From the NCBI RefSeq assembly GCF_006345805.1, contig NW_021825710.1:186001-250000 (forward strand): a stretch of DNA of 64,000 bases. Reading direction: 5' to 3'. Position numbers and translations under genes: made by a program. The notes below the pieces were generated by a model. The model was given only the letters and a program-made list of their open reading frames with translations, did not search any database and was not told where the DNA came from. Below, piece after piece: positions 13,568 to 28,576 of the stretch (its first letter is position 1; each line of letters starts with the position of its first letter). This stretch comes from Octopus sinensis (taxonomy: Eukaryota).

Positions 13568-14929
13568 TACATACATACATACACATATATGCACGTATAT
13601 CTGCAAACATGTACATTTCTTTTCCTGTAAAAGGTGAATAGAAAATTCTCAGGTTCTGAAATTTTTTGAAGGAATATTCAAATGTTACAATTCACAGGCG
13701 TATTTCTTAATTAGTTCTTCATCAGTGTAACTTTCCAGGCTTTAAATTATTTTTCCTTAATTCCTTGATATATTTAAGACTTCCGAGTTATTAAAACACG
13801 TAGGGTTTTTTTTTTTTACCATATCTTAAACAGAAATCTATGACAAAAGATTGTAAATCGAACATCGTTAAATGTTAAATCATAAACTAATATATTAGCG
13901 ACATAGATCAAAAGTGTTAGACAGAAGAAAGGAAATATATACACATAGTAATACTTATTCATCTTTCGATCTCGGGTAGATAGATAAAGTTCCAGCAACT
14001 CTAGTGAAGTCTTTAGGCTTCTGAAGATTAGTGAAAGCTATGTAATGTTTCTAATAATTGTATTTTTCGAGAAGGTACCTAGCTATATTGGTAGTAACTT
14101 AAATCAGATCGACAGATGACTTGATAAGACATTAAATTAACTGCAGCGTCTTAAGTTTCCAGCTGTTTTGAATTCAAACAAGAAGTTTGCCAAAGTAATT
14201 AAACTTCAACACTAACGTTTTATTATTTTGTTCTCTGATAATCTCTCACGCATAAAAATTTTCGAAACATTGTACTCAAAATTATATTGAAATAAAATTG
14301 GATATTTATATCGTATTTGCACTGCTTTTAACTGTTATGGCAAATAATTAACCTCGACTAGGTTATTTTACACCGAAGTGCTTGCAAGTTTTAGCATCTC
14401 TATTTCAACCCCACCCCTCATAAATTTCCATCAGTATTTCCAAATAATTAATTTCCTGTAAGACTGACAAAATTTTTGTTCTGACAAAATGACCAATTAA
14501 ATACCAAATGTCACAGCTTCTTTTCTATTTTCTCTTTTTCTTAAAGTATCAACACACACACACATATATATTTTTTTTCCTCCCTTTTTTCAATACGTTT
14601 CTCCTCAAAGTACCCTTCACATTCATCTCTCCTGTTCTCAAGAAATCTCACATCTCGAGAAAAAGTTTAAAAAGTTCTTCAGTTATCTGAAATTAGCATA
14701 ATTTTCTTGCCTTAAAATTCTCATTGTCAGAGTTATTTCAACATGCACTCATTATATTCGATAATTAATCAACTTCGAAATTACTCATAGATACACAGTT
14801 TAAGGAATGTTAACAGGGAACAGGAATATTTATGTCGTAAAATTTCCGGAATATCATTAATTTAACTACCACTTTCACTAAACCAGAGTTCATTAATGTG
14901 TGTGTGCGTACATATATACATATTGTGTA

Positions 14930-14991
<62 letters not shown>

Positions 14992-16879
14992 GTGCATGCG
15001 TGGATTATACACGCACACACAAAGCATACGGTATATACATATATTCTACCGATTTTCTGGAAACTGATGATTCGGTACCTCCTTAATCGGGATATAATTA
15101 TGTGAAGACACTTAAATTTACTGTATTTGATATTTTTTCGCTGCCAAGCCTTAACGACACATATTTATTTATTCATCAGTAATGTATCATGAAGGCGGAA
15201 ACACTCTCCCCAAATATTGCAATATAGATGAAAATGTTTAAAACTGAAACTAATGTAACTTACTAACTCACTAAGAATCCTTTCTTAATGAAGAACATAT
15301 TAATAAACGACTCACCTTCACTTCAGAGAATACTGTGTTTCGGCATGAAGGCAAAAGGATAAATATATACCTTTCACAGTTATGTTACAAGAGAAGGCTG
15401 GTGGAGGTCCAATTTATTTGGAATGTTACCGAGGAACAAGATTTAGTTTTGAGTATTTGTACCTTCATATTATCGCAGTTGAAGGCTGTAATAATGTTTC
15501 CAACTCTATTATATGTTGCAAGTGAATAACAAAGATTTATCGTGAAGATTTAGCAATTAAAAAGTTATGAATAACGTGGATACTGTCCTCTAGGAATTTA
15601 GTCAGAATTACACTGAGGTAACCTCTTTTGATCCGACAAAATGATTAATCCAGAACGGGTCTGGAACCAAGGATATCAGAATGTGAGTGTGCGTCCGTAT
15701 GCGCGCGTGTGTGTCGGTGTACGTGCATTTTGGTGAAGGATGTAAAATGGCACCACTTGTCATTTTTGATGATTCCTGATCGCACCGAAGCCGAATAACA
15801 CAGGAGTTAATTAAATTAATTTAGTTTTTCCCAAAAAATATTTACACTTGTGGCTAATTTAAAAATCTATTCTAGCGAACTGATGACGGAAGAGTGATAG
15901 AAATGTTACAGTACCGGCACTAAACGCCTTAGTATTCTACATATGCACCTCCCTCGTTCTCCCAAGAAGAGACTTTATCATTAATTTCCATCCGTTGAAA
16001 GTCAATATAAATAAGTACTTGTAGTGTACTAAACGTCGCATGTTCCTTTTTCCTCATATATTTGTGGGTTTTGTATTTCTTACAGAAATGATTTTATTGT
16101 GGTGAACGATGTACGGTATTTTTAAGTCATTCACATTATTAAGACTCTGGATTAGGAGAGGCAGGAAATATTTGCACCAATATATAGAACAGGTGGGGAA
16201 AAGAGAAACAATAGAAGAAAACAAGAAACCATTATTATAAACAGTCTGCTTCTAAGTGCAATCAGTATGGTACTGAACCAATCGCTTTACAGTATCTATT
16301 TTGAATGTTGGAGTTCAAATTAGTCGGGCCGTTTGTCTGGCCATTAATTATCATCTTTCTTGGTTTGATAAAATCTCATCAATGCAATGTGGCCAATTCA
16401 ATTAACAACACTTTTTTTTGTGATAACGCTCATTGTAGGGATTCAGACTGATAAAACATGTTCAGAGTGTTTTGGTAGGCTGATATCTACAAGAAAAACA
16501 TAAGCAGAAAAGAGAATTCTAGTAGCATCCATTCTGAGAATGAAGGATTGAACGAAATGTTTAAAATAGGATGTAAGAGGTAAAGTACGACAAGAATGAT
16601 GTGAGGATGAGAGTCGTGTGTGTAAGGATGGAAAGCGATGCAGCTGGTTAGTTCAGAGCAGAGTTACCTATATACATGGACACATACCTATATATATGGG
16701 CATTACTTCAAGGGTCAACAGCTGATCTGGGCTAAAATAGTTCCTGATCTCAAAGAGAAAGCAGATGCTGTCTTTGCAATAAATTTACTTCCTGCCAAAA
16801 CAATGGGAATTTCATTGCAATTTCACTACTTTTCCGTAAGCCCATGATTAAATTTAGCTTGAGCAGTTTGATTACTCTG

Positions 16880-18071
16880 CAACTCTTCCTAATGAATAAC
16901 AAAGGTTTGCTTGTAGTCTGATATCAACCCAAATGGGTCTACCACCCAGATTAGAACCTTCATCTCCAGGAAATCTTTGAGCCTAATTTCCATATCATAA
17001 TGCAGTTTCTTCAAATGCTTAATGTACTCTAAAATGTCTTCTTGCAGCTGCTCTTCAATAGTGGGAAGGATTGGAAAATGCATCAACTCTTCACGCCCAA
17101 TATCTATCTCGAATAGATTAATTTTTCAAAAAAAAAAAAAAGAAAAACACAATTAGCTTTTTTTTATAAAATTTGTATTTTTGCCTTACAGCTGTTTGTT
17201 TGCCAAATTTAGCTTCTCAAATTTGCCTGAAGGTAGAATATGTCACGTCTGAGGCTAGGATTTATTCTCCCAGCTGTTTACCATTCAAGACATTACAACA
17301 CTGTCCCAAAGTTCAAGGAAGCGATCCAGGCAATTATCTTTAGAGATAATCACCAGATATATGAACTTTAAAGCAGTAACACTTATTTCATACAAGATTT
17401 TCCAATGCCAACTTGATGCTTTATTCGTCAATGATAAATTAATATCAAAGTGCCAAATTAATCTTTTTTTTCTCCTGTTATGACCGAGCTTAAGACACTG
17501 AAAATGCATTGTGATCTTCACAGTGCACACGAAAATATCCAGGAGGATATCCAGAAAATATCCATCGAGATAAATGTAATGATGAATTTCAAATTAAGTT
17601 CAAAAAAGAAAGATTGTCTGAATTTTGGCAATCAGACACTGCAAAAATCAGTATATCCAAATTTGTGGTCACAAATGTCGAAAATCCTTTTGTGTTTCCT
17701 GACATCATATCTTGTCGAAATTGGATTTAGCTCTGTCAATCACATTTTGCGGCAGGAAAGAAACAGATTTGACATTATTTCACGTGGAGATATTCGTATC
17801 TGTTTGAGTAGCATTAAGCCTGACATGCAATTTTTAGCGGAACAAGGCCAATCTCAGGACTCACACTAGATAAATTTAGAATTTAGAATAAAGTTTGATT
17901 TTAATTCGTTTTTCTTTTGCATTTACATGCACAATTTTTTTTTAGTTTTGATTAGTCGTAATTACATTATATTTAATATTTGTTATCATTTTTTGGTGGA
18001 CAATTATCAATTAGCTTACGTCAAAAATAGCTTTTAGGGGGCGATGGCCGGGAAAAAGTTGAGAACCACTG
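16880..18071. mobile_element. hAT (Charlie/Buster-type) transposon relic with internal inversion
   Basis: plus strand 17480-17869 FLTSYLVEIGFS..RNRFDI..RGDIR..QSQDSH (hAT dimerisation end) followed by TIR-like TTGAGAACCACTG ending 18071; minus strand SKDNCLDRFLELWDSV and WVVDPF are upstream parts of this transposase type. Confidence 0.85.
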
Positions 18072-18399
18072 ATCTAGCCCATCACATCCACACCATTTCA
18101 TTTTTCAGCCTGACACTTATTTTATTGTCTCTACTCCTCGGATGCTAATTTACAGGACAACGGAACTCAACATTAATACATTATACATGTATATTCATAC
18201 GGATACACAGAGACACACACATGCAACACATACACATACGGTGGAGGCACCAATGTTTTATAGCAACCCAGGCATGGATTGGGGCCAGAAAACTATGGGG
18301 GAGAGCAATAATGTTAAATTTTATGTAATTTAATTGTAAAATCACAAAATAGAATGAAATACGAAAGATGGCAATATCTATTACAAATTAGGAACACAA

Positions 18400-19720
18400 A
18401 GTATACGACAGTAATTCTCGTGTAATCGGTATTTTACCACGAAACGAAGAATGATAACATGGTTCGGGTTTTTTGGTACATACCTATTCATGGTAATTTT
18501 GCCTAATTTGTCCGGTCTGTTGTGCATCATCGAACTCCACAAATAAATTTCAATCATCCGCAGCTTGCATTCAATCCTGCACATTTTACAAGCAGTGTTA
18601 CAGAGATTTGAACTAGTCTGAGCAGTTCAAAGAAAGTATCCCTATAGAAATGCAAAAACTAAAATAACTCGGTCAATAAGTTAAAATGCATAACTTCTGC
18701 TCGTTGAAATATTTTGCACTGTGGCACTCTCTCTTCAAGTAGTTAAAATTCAGCCGACATGTTTGCCACGAGTTTGAAACCATCAAAGTTGAAAAACTGG
18801 CTTCTTTGCAGGTTAAGACGAGGAAGGTTGTTTATGATAATACAGCTTTGTGTTGAAAAGCGATTTTGAAGTTCAGAGTAAATCTTACCCGAAAAACGAA
18901 TGAAGTCTTACGGTGAAAGTTGGTGTAAGGACTCTTCGCTACTTGGCTGGTTTCCAACTACTTCACAAACCATTGAAACTTCCAAATGCTGTAGCAATTT
19001 TCCTCATCGTTTTAGATTCTTCCAAAGCTCAATGAAAGGGGATATCAATTGCTTTTAACATTTATATCCAGTAAAGAAGACAACAACTTATTTATCAAAA
19101 GTTCGTTTCGTAGCAATATATGTCCACAGATGACGTGGAAAACAAACTTTTGCAGAAAAATATGATAGAATCAACTTGGTAATCATGACTGAAATCTGTC
19201 CAAAATAAATTACAACGTACAATGCACAGCATAACATGATGTATACTGACAGATCCCATGTATCAGCATGCTGAAAACAAACTCTTCAACTCTACTAAGA
19301 GTTCACTTTTTCTTTCTGTAACAGCAAGAACTGATCGACATTGGACCAAGCTAGCGAAATATTTTACCGCACTCTTCACATTTTTATGCAGATAACAACT
19401 ACCAAGCTGAGTTAGAAGGTGTAGTGGTGAACATGGAATGCAAATGCAATAACAGTTTCACTTGAAAACCAGTGATGTGAATATGATGAGAATGCTATTT
19501 CTGACATCAAGTTATGGTGTAGAAATTTCTTTGTTTATTCATATGAATAAGTTTGTATGTCATGATATAAACGTGAATTCTAAGTTGCGGGCGCCACAGC
19601 ATGCGAACGTATTCCTATTTGCAAATAATCATCGTAGTTTATGCTACAGCAATGACCAATTTCGAATTTTTCATAATTCTGTGTATCAGACATTTGGCTC
19701 ATTTTTTAAACGAGGAGTTG
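18400..19720 (-). pseudogene. Possible highly decayed hAT (ZMYM1-like) transposase relic
   Basis: only weak motif echoes on the minus strand near 19240-19440 (IPCS.LH, KYF, LFSA..WDL); no open frame. Confidence 0.3.
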
Positions 19721-19726
19721 AGATAT

Positions 19727-20858
19727 TGTAGCAATATCGCTTCTCCATTGCTATCTTCACTGTTGGAGGAAAGCAAAAAGAATGATCTCGTTTGAGATAA
19801 CAAACATCTTTGGCTGGTTTAACGCTGTGGTAGACACTAAGCTGATTGGTTGGCAGTTGACACGTGGTCTCTACATAGTCCGCGCCACGTGACACGAATT
19901 GTCTCAACTTATTTTCGCGCCACTGTCGCTAAACAGCCAATCACAGCCTTGGATTAAGATCCCATTTCTGAGGTTCGTTTGAGACCAGCCAAACAATATA
20001 AAAAGGAGAGCTTTCAGACACTTTTCGTCTGTCGGCTTAAGACCTTCTAAGGTCTTGGTCGGAGACCATATAACCAGACATAACGGCATCACCAACTCCG
20101 TCGCTACCTACGAAGATTTAGCTCGTACATAAGATGGCTACAAAACCAACTCATACTGTTTGTGTGAAAACCACACCACGGAAAAACAGCTGCAGTAATC
20201 TATATCAAGAGGAACAAAAACCAAGCAAACATCGTCCCTAGCTACGAAGTTTTAAATAGTACACAAGACTATCACAGATTCAACTCAAGCGGTTAGGTGA
20301 AAATCTCACCACGAGAAAAACGGCTACAGTGAATATATCTGAAAGGAATTCATATCAGGAAGATAAACGCAACAAGCGATTCAACAGATGTCAGCTCTGA
20401 GACACAACATCTTGATATGAAACTCTTACACCTCGTGTACCTCATAAACAGTAAATCAATTACCTGTCTTTAGTTCTTGTAAGAACTAGCTTCAGAGACA
20501 GCGCTAAACAACAAAATGATACAATGGTTCCTTAACCACTATGCCAATGTACGCTCAACAACCAAAGACTGCTATCTTCCACCATCAGGTACTTTTCAAT
20601 GTCAACCACATTCATTGTTCTGTCACGCACTAACACACAGACACAAACACGTGTTGCATGCTCCCATACACTTCCAACCTTAACTTCATTGTAAATAAAA
20701 TCTTATCTTGCCTCTCAAACAGTGACTTGTTCTCAATCCCTTATGTTCTATTGTGCTGCATGTATAAATGGTTTGACTAACTCAGTAAGAATGGGATCGC
20801 GTGCGATTGTATTATCTATATGAAACGACCACATGTGATCCCGTTTTAATATCATACA
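19727..20858 (+). mobile_element. Possible solo-LTR-like element
   Basis: TGTA...TACA ends, CCAAT (~19937), TATAAAAGG (~19997), AATAAA (~20694), internal diverged direct repeat ~20103-20200/~20241-20330; no TSD found. Confidence 0.35.
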
Positions 20859-21705
20859 TAAATTGTAGGCATTTGAATAACCCCTGGCCTTGAATCAATC
20901 ATTTATAACTTGTCTGTTTGGAAACTCCGCAAAGGTACCTAATGCGCAGCTGCTAAAGTGAAAGAGGGGAACAGAAACAGAAAGTGTGTTTTATGTTTCC
21001 CTAGAGAAAGATAAATAGAATTGATGAAACCGAAAGTAAGACAAAAAGAGCATAGAAGGTCAACGTATTACACTACACATACAAAGATAAATACTGTCTT
21101 GTGTGTGTGTGTGTGTGTGAATAGATATTCTGAACACACAAATAACGGTATGTTTGTATGCGAATGTGTACATGTAGGAATGCGTGTGTGTGTGTAAATA
21201 AAAAAGTTCCGTAACCCTTTCATGAATCATTGAACTACCAATGAAGGCCTCTTGTACACATACCACTCCTCTCTAACATTTCCACTGGTCCGTCAACTTC
21301 TACCCTCCCCCACACCTACACTACACTGTTGAACACACTACCCAACACCACACCAAGCGGCGTATATATACGCTTACATATGTAAGATAGCCTCACGCAT
21401 ACACACATAGGCAGAAACACACACACGCACACATGCGAATACGCTTACAAACACACGTGCACTCGTATACATACATAATAATACACACGCATACATACAT
21501 ACATACAGACACGCTTCGTGTTATTTATCATTTTTGCACCATATATATGGATAGATGTATTTGCTATCATTTATAGTTTTATCTACTTCAAGTTCACCCC
21601 TCCAATATACATATAAAATCGACAGTAAAAGTACATGAAAGTTTGTTTACAAAGACAACTACGAACTAATTATAGTTCTTAAACCTGACAGAAAAAAAGC
21701 ATGTT

Positions 21706-21780
21706 AGTTCACTGGTGTAATCGGTAGCACACTTAGTCGCGTAAACAAAGAGCTGTGGGTTCGAGTCGTGCGGGAAAACC
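21706..21780 (+). mobile_element. tRNA-like SINE head / tRNA pseudogene
   Basis: A-box-like TGGTGTAATCGGTAGC and B-box GGTTCGAGTC; no good acceptor stem. Confidence 0.5.
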
Positions 21781-22710
21781 TGCTTCTTTTTCTGTCGAGG
21801 GCTGATATGCCCCATTATTGCGTGGTGATTGCTAAAAGCTTTGGGTTTATAAAATATTATTATTATTTACAGAATTTTAAAAATCGACACTGCTTAACAA
21901 AACGATATATATGACTCCCGTTTGCGCCGTGAACAAGGATTAATCTTCTCTCTTCGCTCCTTTATGCCATATAGGCTCAACTCTCCTTCCCTCTTCATCT
22001 AACCTCCTCCCCTTGCCTCTCTCCCCTCCCTCCTACTTCCTCCCACCCACCTCTCCTCTCTTGCTCCGACTCCTACATCTCTTCATTCCTACTTCTCTTC
22101 ACCCCTACTCTCTTTCTCTCTTCTCTCTTACTCGCTTTCTCTCTTCTCTCTTACTCTCTTCTCTCATACCCATCTTCCCCTTCCCCCTTCATCCTCCACC
22201 CTCCCCCATAAGCCCACCCACCCTACACATTCCTACTCTACCTTCCCTATCCTTCCCATCCCATTCCTTACACCCTCTCCCACATGCCCCACCTCTACCC
22301 CCACATACCTCAACCCTCGGCCTAACCCACCCGTGCTTTCCCCACTCTCGCCTCCTCCACCTCCCAACATCACACCACACCATATCACACCACTCTGCAC
22401 CATACCACACTACACATCACATCACAACACACCATCCACACACAAGCACTGACCAATTCCCATCCCCACATCTTCACACCTACACATACACACACGCACA
22501 CGTCAAGACCACCAGCCCTCTTTCACACGCACATACGTACTCTCTTACACACACACGCACCTTCGTTTTGGGGATCATCTTTACTTTGTTATCTCCTCTA
22601 CTTCTTCGCTCTCCTGTGTGACCCTTCTGTCCGGCAGTCACCATGATAGATCGGTAGCCACTATACACATTTTTATACACATTTTTCTCTCCTTGTTTCT
22701 TTCTGTGTTC

Positions 22711-22746
22711 CTTTCTGCAGAAGAGCGTAGGCTTGAAACGTAAAAG
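22711..22746 (+). ncRNA. Degenerate minimal hammerhead-like motif
   Basis: CTTT-CTGCAGA-A-GAGC gtag GCTT-GAAA CG TA-AAAG; core A6 altered; followed by a palindrome centred on (TA)n at ~22804-22888. Confidence 0.45.
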
Positions 22747-22909
22747 ACTTTTTCAATTCCTGAGCGTTATACTAATATATCTGTTTGTTTCTACACCACC
22801 TGACTTCGTCTTTTGTTGGGGTTTTTTTTCGAGAATTCTCCCTATATATATATAGGGAGAATTCACGAAAAAAAACCAAAAGACGAAGACATATTTTATA
22901 CACATTTTT

Positions 22910-23176
22910 ATCATGTGATCACGTGATCGACTAGGCTATCAAATGCTGTTACACATCGCTGGTCACAATACGTTTTGCATTGTTTTAGCCTTCAAATGAC
23001 GCTATTCCGCTGGCTAGGTGAACAGGCCGACATTCACCCCTGATCGAAAGGCCTGGAGCAACGTGAAATTAAGTGTTTTGCTCAAGAACACAATGCACCA
23101 TCAAGTCAGGGAATCGAACCCACGATTTAGCGATTGTGAATGCAGCAGCATAAACACTAGGCCACGTGCCTTCACA
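22910..23176 (-). mobile_element. tRNA-derived SINE
   Basis: minus strand GGCACGTGGCCTAGTG...GGGTTCGATTCCC...GTGTTCTTGAGCAAAACACTT. Confidence 0.75.
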
Positions 23177-24088
23177 ATATGCACATTATGTGGATGAGTT
23201 TGACCTTTCAGTGGAAGGGCAGGCAGGTTATAGGCAGAGATGATACGATGGCCGAGATCGACAGGTTTGTGAATTTTAGGGACAAAGTAGATGGCGTAGT
23301 TTTGGGTTGTGATTACAATGAATTTGTGGCAAAGGGTACCCTCATATACTACATCATCTGCATACTTGCAGTACTTTTTACATTGGAGAAAAGGGCTGGT
23401 GTCTAGTTGATAGCTTTTGGGAGCACATTCAAAGCAACGACCACTTCAGTTCAGCAGGCCATTCCATGACTCACCTATCAATATGCGGCATCTCCGCACA
23501 CTGTGGGTTCATATGCTCAAAGAAATGAAAGGAACAACGTTCTATATTTAAACGTGGTACCATGTCACCAGCAGGTTTAAATGAACATTTTCCCTTCTAC
23601 TCCTACACTGGCTTTTAGTTCAGAATTTCCTTTCTTATCCCCCCTCACTTCGGCTTTTCTTTCCACTCCTCCCGCACCTTCACTCGCTTTACGTCTTTGT
23701 TTCATTTCTTTTTCCTTCTACTTCTTTCACCAAGTTTCTCTCTCCTACGACTTCTTGTCATCGTATGAAACTCACGCAGTCTTGTGTTCCTCATCACTTG
23801 CAATTAGATGAAATAAACCTCTGCTGCCTTTCTTTAATTAAACTCCTATCAACTTTTCCCTAGGAAGAACTCTGAAACATTGGATTTTTCACTTCCCATG
23901 ACAATTTCACTGTACTCTTTCTGCCAGTTTTCCTAAATAATACATATATTGTCAATACATACCAACTCCAGTCTCTTTCGGCTCAGTTTTGTCCTATATA
24001 TATGTATATAACAGAATCCAAAGAGATTGCGGGTGGTCTGCATTGGCAGGATATGTATTAGTAAGAAAAAACGACAGAATATGTAGAG

Positions 24089-24176
<88 letters not shown>

Positions 24177-24438
24177 TTATATGTTTTTGGTTTTATTTTT
24201 ATAAAGCAAATTAGTTATTCGATGACGTGTTTAATGGTTGAACAAATGAATGTCGTAAGTTGAATTTGATTTAAGCGTTTCTTTATGCTAGCGTTTATTA
24301 ACTGCTAAAATTTTTCAGATGTTCAGTTAGAATTTCACCAAATTGGATTACCTTGATAATGTTGTATTAACATATATTTTCGAGGATATTATTATTAATT
24401 TATAATATTGTCTATATCTATGTATATGTGCATGTATG

Positions 24439-24500
<62 letters not shown>

Positions 24501-24508
24501 CATGTATG

Positions 24509-24555
<47 letters not shown>

Positions 24556-25318
24556 TAGTGGAAAGAAACTAGGGGAGAGCGTAACAGAAGGTGGTCCTCA
24601 GAGGAGAAAACCTCTTTAGGCAAGTGTTTCGGACCTTAACTTCTGATACTCTAGGTGGGAGGATCATCCGAGTCATGACTCCCGGATGTCCACCTGCTGT
24701 CCGTTTTAGTACACTTTAGGTGGGGTTGGTTTCTCTGGTTTCTAGCAATTTCTGTCTGTCGATCTGTCTGTTACTATTTTGCTGCCTCCACCAGTGAACC
24801 AATCTTGAAGAAACTTTGCGTACATATTAAACTAACATCCAGTTCAATAGTAGGCTATTTGGATTTCAATAAAATTCTATAATCGGCCTCCTAAAATGAG
24901 AAGAGTGCAAGAGTGTTAGTGTGAGGGGAATGTGATGGCATAGTAATTGTGGTTGATATCAGGGAAGGAGAGAATAGCGCCGTGTAAGTGACAAATATAG
25001 AGTAGCAGTGGGATAGTAGCGTTAATATAGCTGTCATTCAGGGATATACACGCGACGCTGCATACATACCTTCGTAAATACATACAGTATTTCACGGAAG
25101 TATGTACACCCCTAAAAAATTTCAGTAGAATTGCCATTACTCTGATAATATCGAAGGAAATCAAACGAAATTTATACTGAAAAATATATTATACATGCAA
25201 ACATCATACTAACTTGGAACACCAAACAATAAACATTTTCAAAGATATGAACGAAATATTAATTTTTAAACGTTACAAAAATATGTACACTCTAAAGTAT
25301 TATTTGCTATATTCAATA

Positions 25319-25703
25319 CTAGTAGTATCGCCCGGCGTTGCTCGGGTTTGTAAGGGAAATAACTATAAAGCATTTTTAGAGAGTTATAGCCAAAAAATAG
25401 CAAAAAAATAGAAAAAAAAATTATGGTAAATTTTTTTGAGAGTAAAAAAGGTCGAGTTGCGTCCCCTAGACAGTCTGTGGTTTGTGTTTCTGATTCTCGA
25501 CCCCATGTCGAATTTATCGATTTTTTTGAGAACTTGGGGGAACTTTTCAAAATTTTCGCTGCGTTAGTTTTGAATTATGACATTGGGCTATGTGTGTGTC
25601 AAGTTTCATCAGAATCGGTTGAAAGCCGTGGTCAGGGTGAGGGTACAACCTAACAGACACACAGAAACACACACAGACAAACTGCCGTTTATATATAGAG
25701 AGA
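25319..25703 (-). mobile_element. Non-autonomous Helitron-like element nested in Tc1
   Basis: minus strand starts TCTCTCTATATATAAA, ends with hairpin CCCGAGCAACGCCGGG and CTAG; inserted between A and T. Confidence 0.8.
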
Positions 25704-25857
25704 TTTTATCCACTTTTTTTTTTACTAAATTCAGATATTGCTGATAATTTCAATCCTAAGAAATTATTTCTCCTGGCATTTTTGCACTGGTCATTGTTAT
25801 TGCATTTTCAGGAATTCTGATTTGTGTACCGTGGTGAAAATCTTCATTGTAATTAAA

Positions 25858-26809
25858 ATGGCACCAAAAGGAAAAGAATTGTTTGAAGATTTGAAGAAAA
25901 TCATTTTTAATTTGCACAAGAATGGTTTAGGATACATGTTAATTAGCAAACGAATACATATTTGCGTAAATACAGTTGCCGAAGTAATTCAGAAGTACGA
26001 AGCTACTGGATGGCTAACCAACAAACATCGTCCAGGTTGTCCTATTTTAACTGCTCGTAATATTCGCCACATCCAACGTCGCGTGATGGATGACATGCGT
26101 CGTACCGCTTCATCTTTAGCCCAAGAAGTGTCTTCTCAAACAGTTCGCCGAAGTTTGAACCAGTGTGGTCTTCATGGACGCATTCCTCGTAGGAAGCCTC
26201 TCCTCACTACTAGGCATAATATATCGATTCTTCATTCTTTTGCTGAAACCTATGTGAGTAAGGGGAAGTTTTGGAATGAAATTCTTTTTTCTGACGAGAC
26301 TAAAATCAACTTGTTTGGGTCACATGGTATTAAACGAGTATGGCGACGGCAAGGTGAAGATAATAGCGACAAATGCACTGTGTCTACCGTGAAACACGGC
26401 GGCGGAAGTATTATGCTTTGGGGATGCATGAGTGCGGCTGGTGTGAGAGGACTCACATTTATTGAGAGAACAATTGATTCAAGGCATATTGCAGAAAACA
26501 TTGTTAAAAAGCATCAAGGAACTAGGGACCTTAAACACACTTCAAAGATGACGACTAAGTTTTTATCAGATAAAAAGGTAAAGGTATTGCCTTGGCCTAC
26601 CATTTCATCTGATTTAAATCCAATAGAATATCTGTAGCTTGTTTTGAAAAGGCAAGGTGAGGAGAAAAAATCCCCGCAATGTAACACAGTTGAAAGACAT
26701 CAGGATGAATGGAGGTCGATTTCATCGGTTATATGAGAAAATTTAGTTGACTATGCCCAGAAGACTTAATGCAGTCAATGAAAGCAAAGGCGGTCGCACC
26801 AAATATTGA
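25858..26809 (+). pseudogene. Tc1 DD34E-type transposase, disrupted
   Basis: MAPKGKEL..RRKPLL..FSDETK..VKHGGGSIMLWGC..WPTISSDLNPIE; premature stop at 26637, remnant GGRTKY* at ~26809. Confidence 0.9.
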
Positions 26810-26816
26810 ATATAAC

Positions 26817-27389
<573 letters not shown>

Positions 27390-27849
27390 ATTGAATATAA
27401 CCAATAATCCTAGAGTGTACATATTTTTGTATTGTTTGAAAGTTTTTGTTTCGTTCATATCTTTAAAAATGTTTATTGCTTTGTGTTTGCATGTATTTTA
27501 TTCAGTATAAATTTCGTTTGATTTCCTTCGATTATCAGAGTAATGGCGTGCACATACTTCTGTGAGATACACACACACACACTGCACATACATACACACA
27601 CATACACACTCACATGCACGTAAGTAATATTTAAAGCGCCGAGAAAGAAAGAAAGAAAGAAAGAAAGGTGGGTGTGAGGAATACGTAGCTTTAAGGAGAG
27701 AGGGTGCATCGCAAAGAAACACTCATACACAGACACACACACATACATATATATACATACGTACATACATACATACATACATACATACATACATACATAC
27801 GTCTACTATACACCATTTTAAATTCGTGATTACCTGTGTGTACGTTTGT

Positions 27850-27907
<58 letters not shown>

Positions 27908-27924
27908 TGCCCTATAACTGTCAG

Positions 27925-28459
27925 TCTCTCTCTACTTTTGTAGAGTCTTTCCTGTTGCTGTCACATATTGTGAAATTTTAAAATTACGTCAAAATTTTCA
28001 AATTTGTTATATTGAAATGATTTTTCACGTTAAATCCGATTTTGTTATTTATTTCATCCAGAAAAATTGAAGAAAATGTTACTGAGTTTTAAAAGTTAAG
28101 GAAATCAGAAAACAGGATTTGGAAGCTGGCATTTTCTACATGATAGCTGTCTATCACAAAATGAAAGCAAAATCATTACGAGGAGGAAATTTTAATATAA
28201 TTATTTTTGTATTACGACAGCCAAAGTTGTAAGAACTGAATTTTTTAATAAGTTTTAATGAATAAAGTCATGTGAGACGGCCGAAGAGACATGTAAATAA
28301 TTAAAAAAGGAAAAAATCCTCAACGAAGATTTTTGCACAAATCTGTCCTGATCAAGAGGCTTATCTATCGGGGAAGGAATGGTCTGACATGGAATAAACA
28401 AAAATTTACATGATATTCTATTGTATAAATTGTCCAGCAACGACGGGATATTCTGCTAG
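27925..28459 (+). mobile_element. Helitron-like element (3' end recognisable)
   Basis: ends GTCCAGCAACGACGGGATATTCTGCTAG|T, similar to the 3' end of the 25319-25703 element; 5' boundary uncertain. Confidence 0.5.
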
Positions 28460-28576
28460 TGTGTATAAGTGTGTGTGTAAATAGAAACATTATTATTTCT
28501 AAATCTCTCAAAGAGAGCTATTCAGTAACAGTACTGTAAAGTAAAGGCTATTTGCCAACATAATGTAGCAGTCCTG

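Noticed and set aside
13955-14021. Short minus-strand exon-like segment after CACTAATCTTCAG
   Set aside because: Too short, no homology recognised, no partner exons
15311-15486. Minus-strand segment with AG acceptor and GTGAGT donor (candidate host exon)
   Set aside because: Stops in all three frames and no recognisable protein; could be a non-coding exon but unsupported
21706-21780. Functional tRNA gene
   Set aside because: A/B boxes are present but the cloverleaf and acceptor stem fail; more likely SINE-derived
22013-22621. 202-aa Pro/Ser/His/Leu-rich ORF
   Set aside because: Low-complexity C/T- and CA-rich sequence lacking stops by composition
24615-24720. Minus-strand GGAC...GTCC-GAAAC with CTAAAA core
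   Set aside because: Core too degenerate to call
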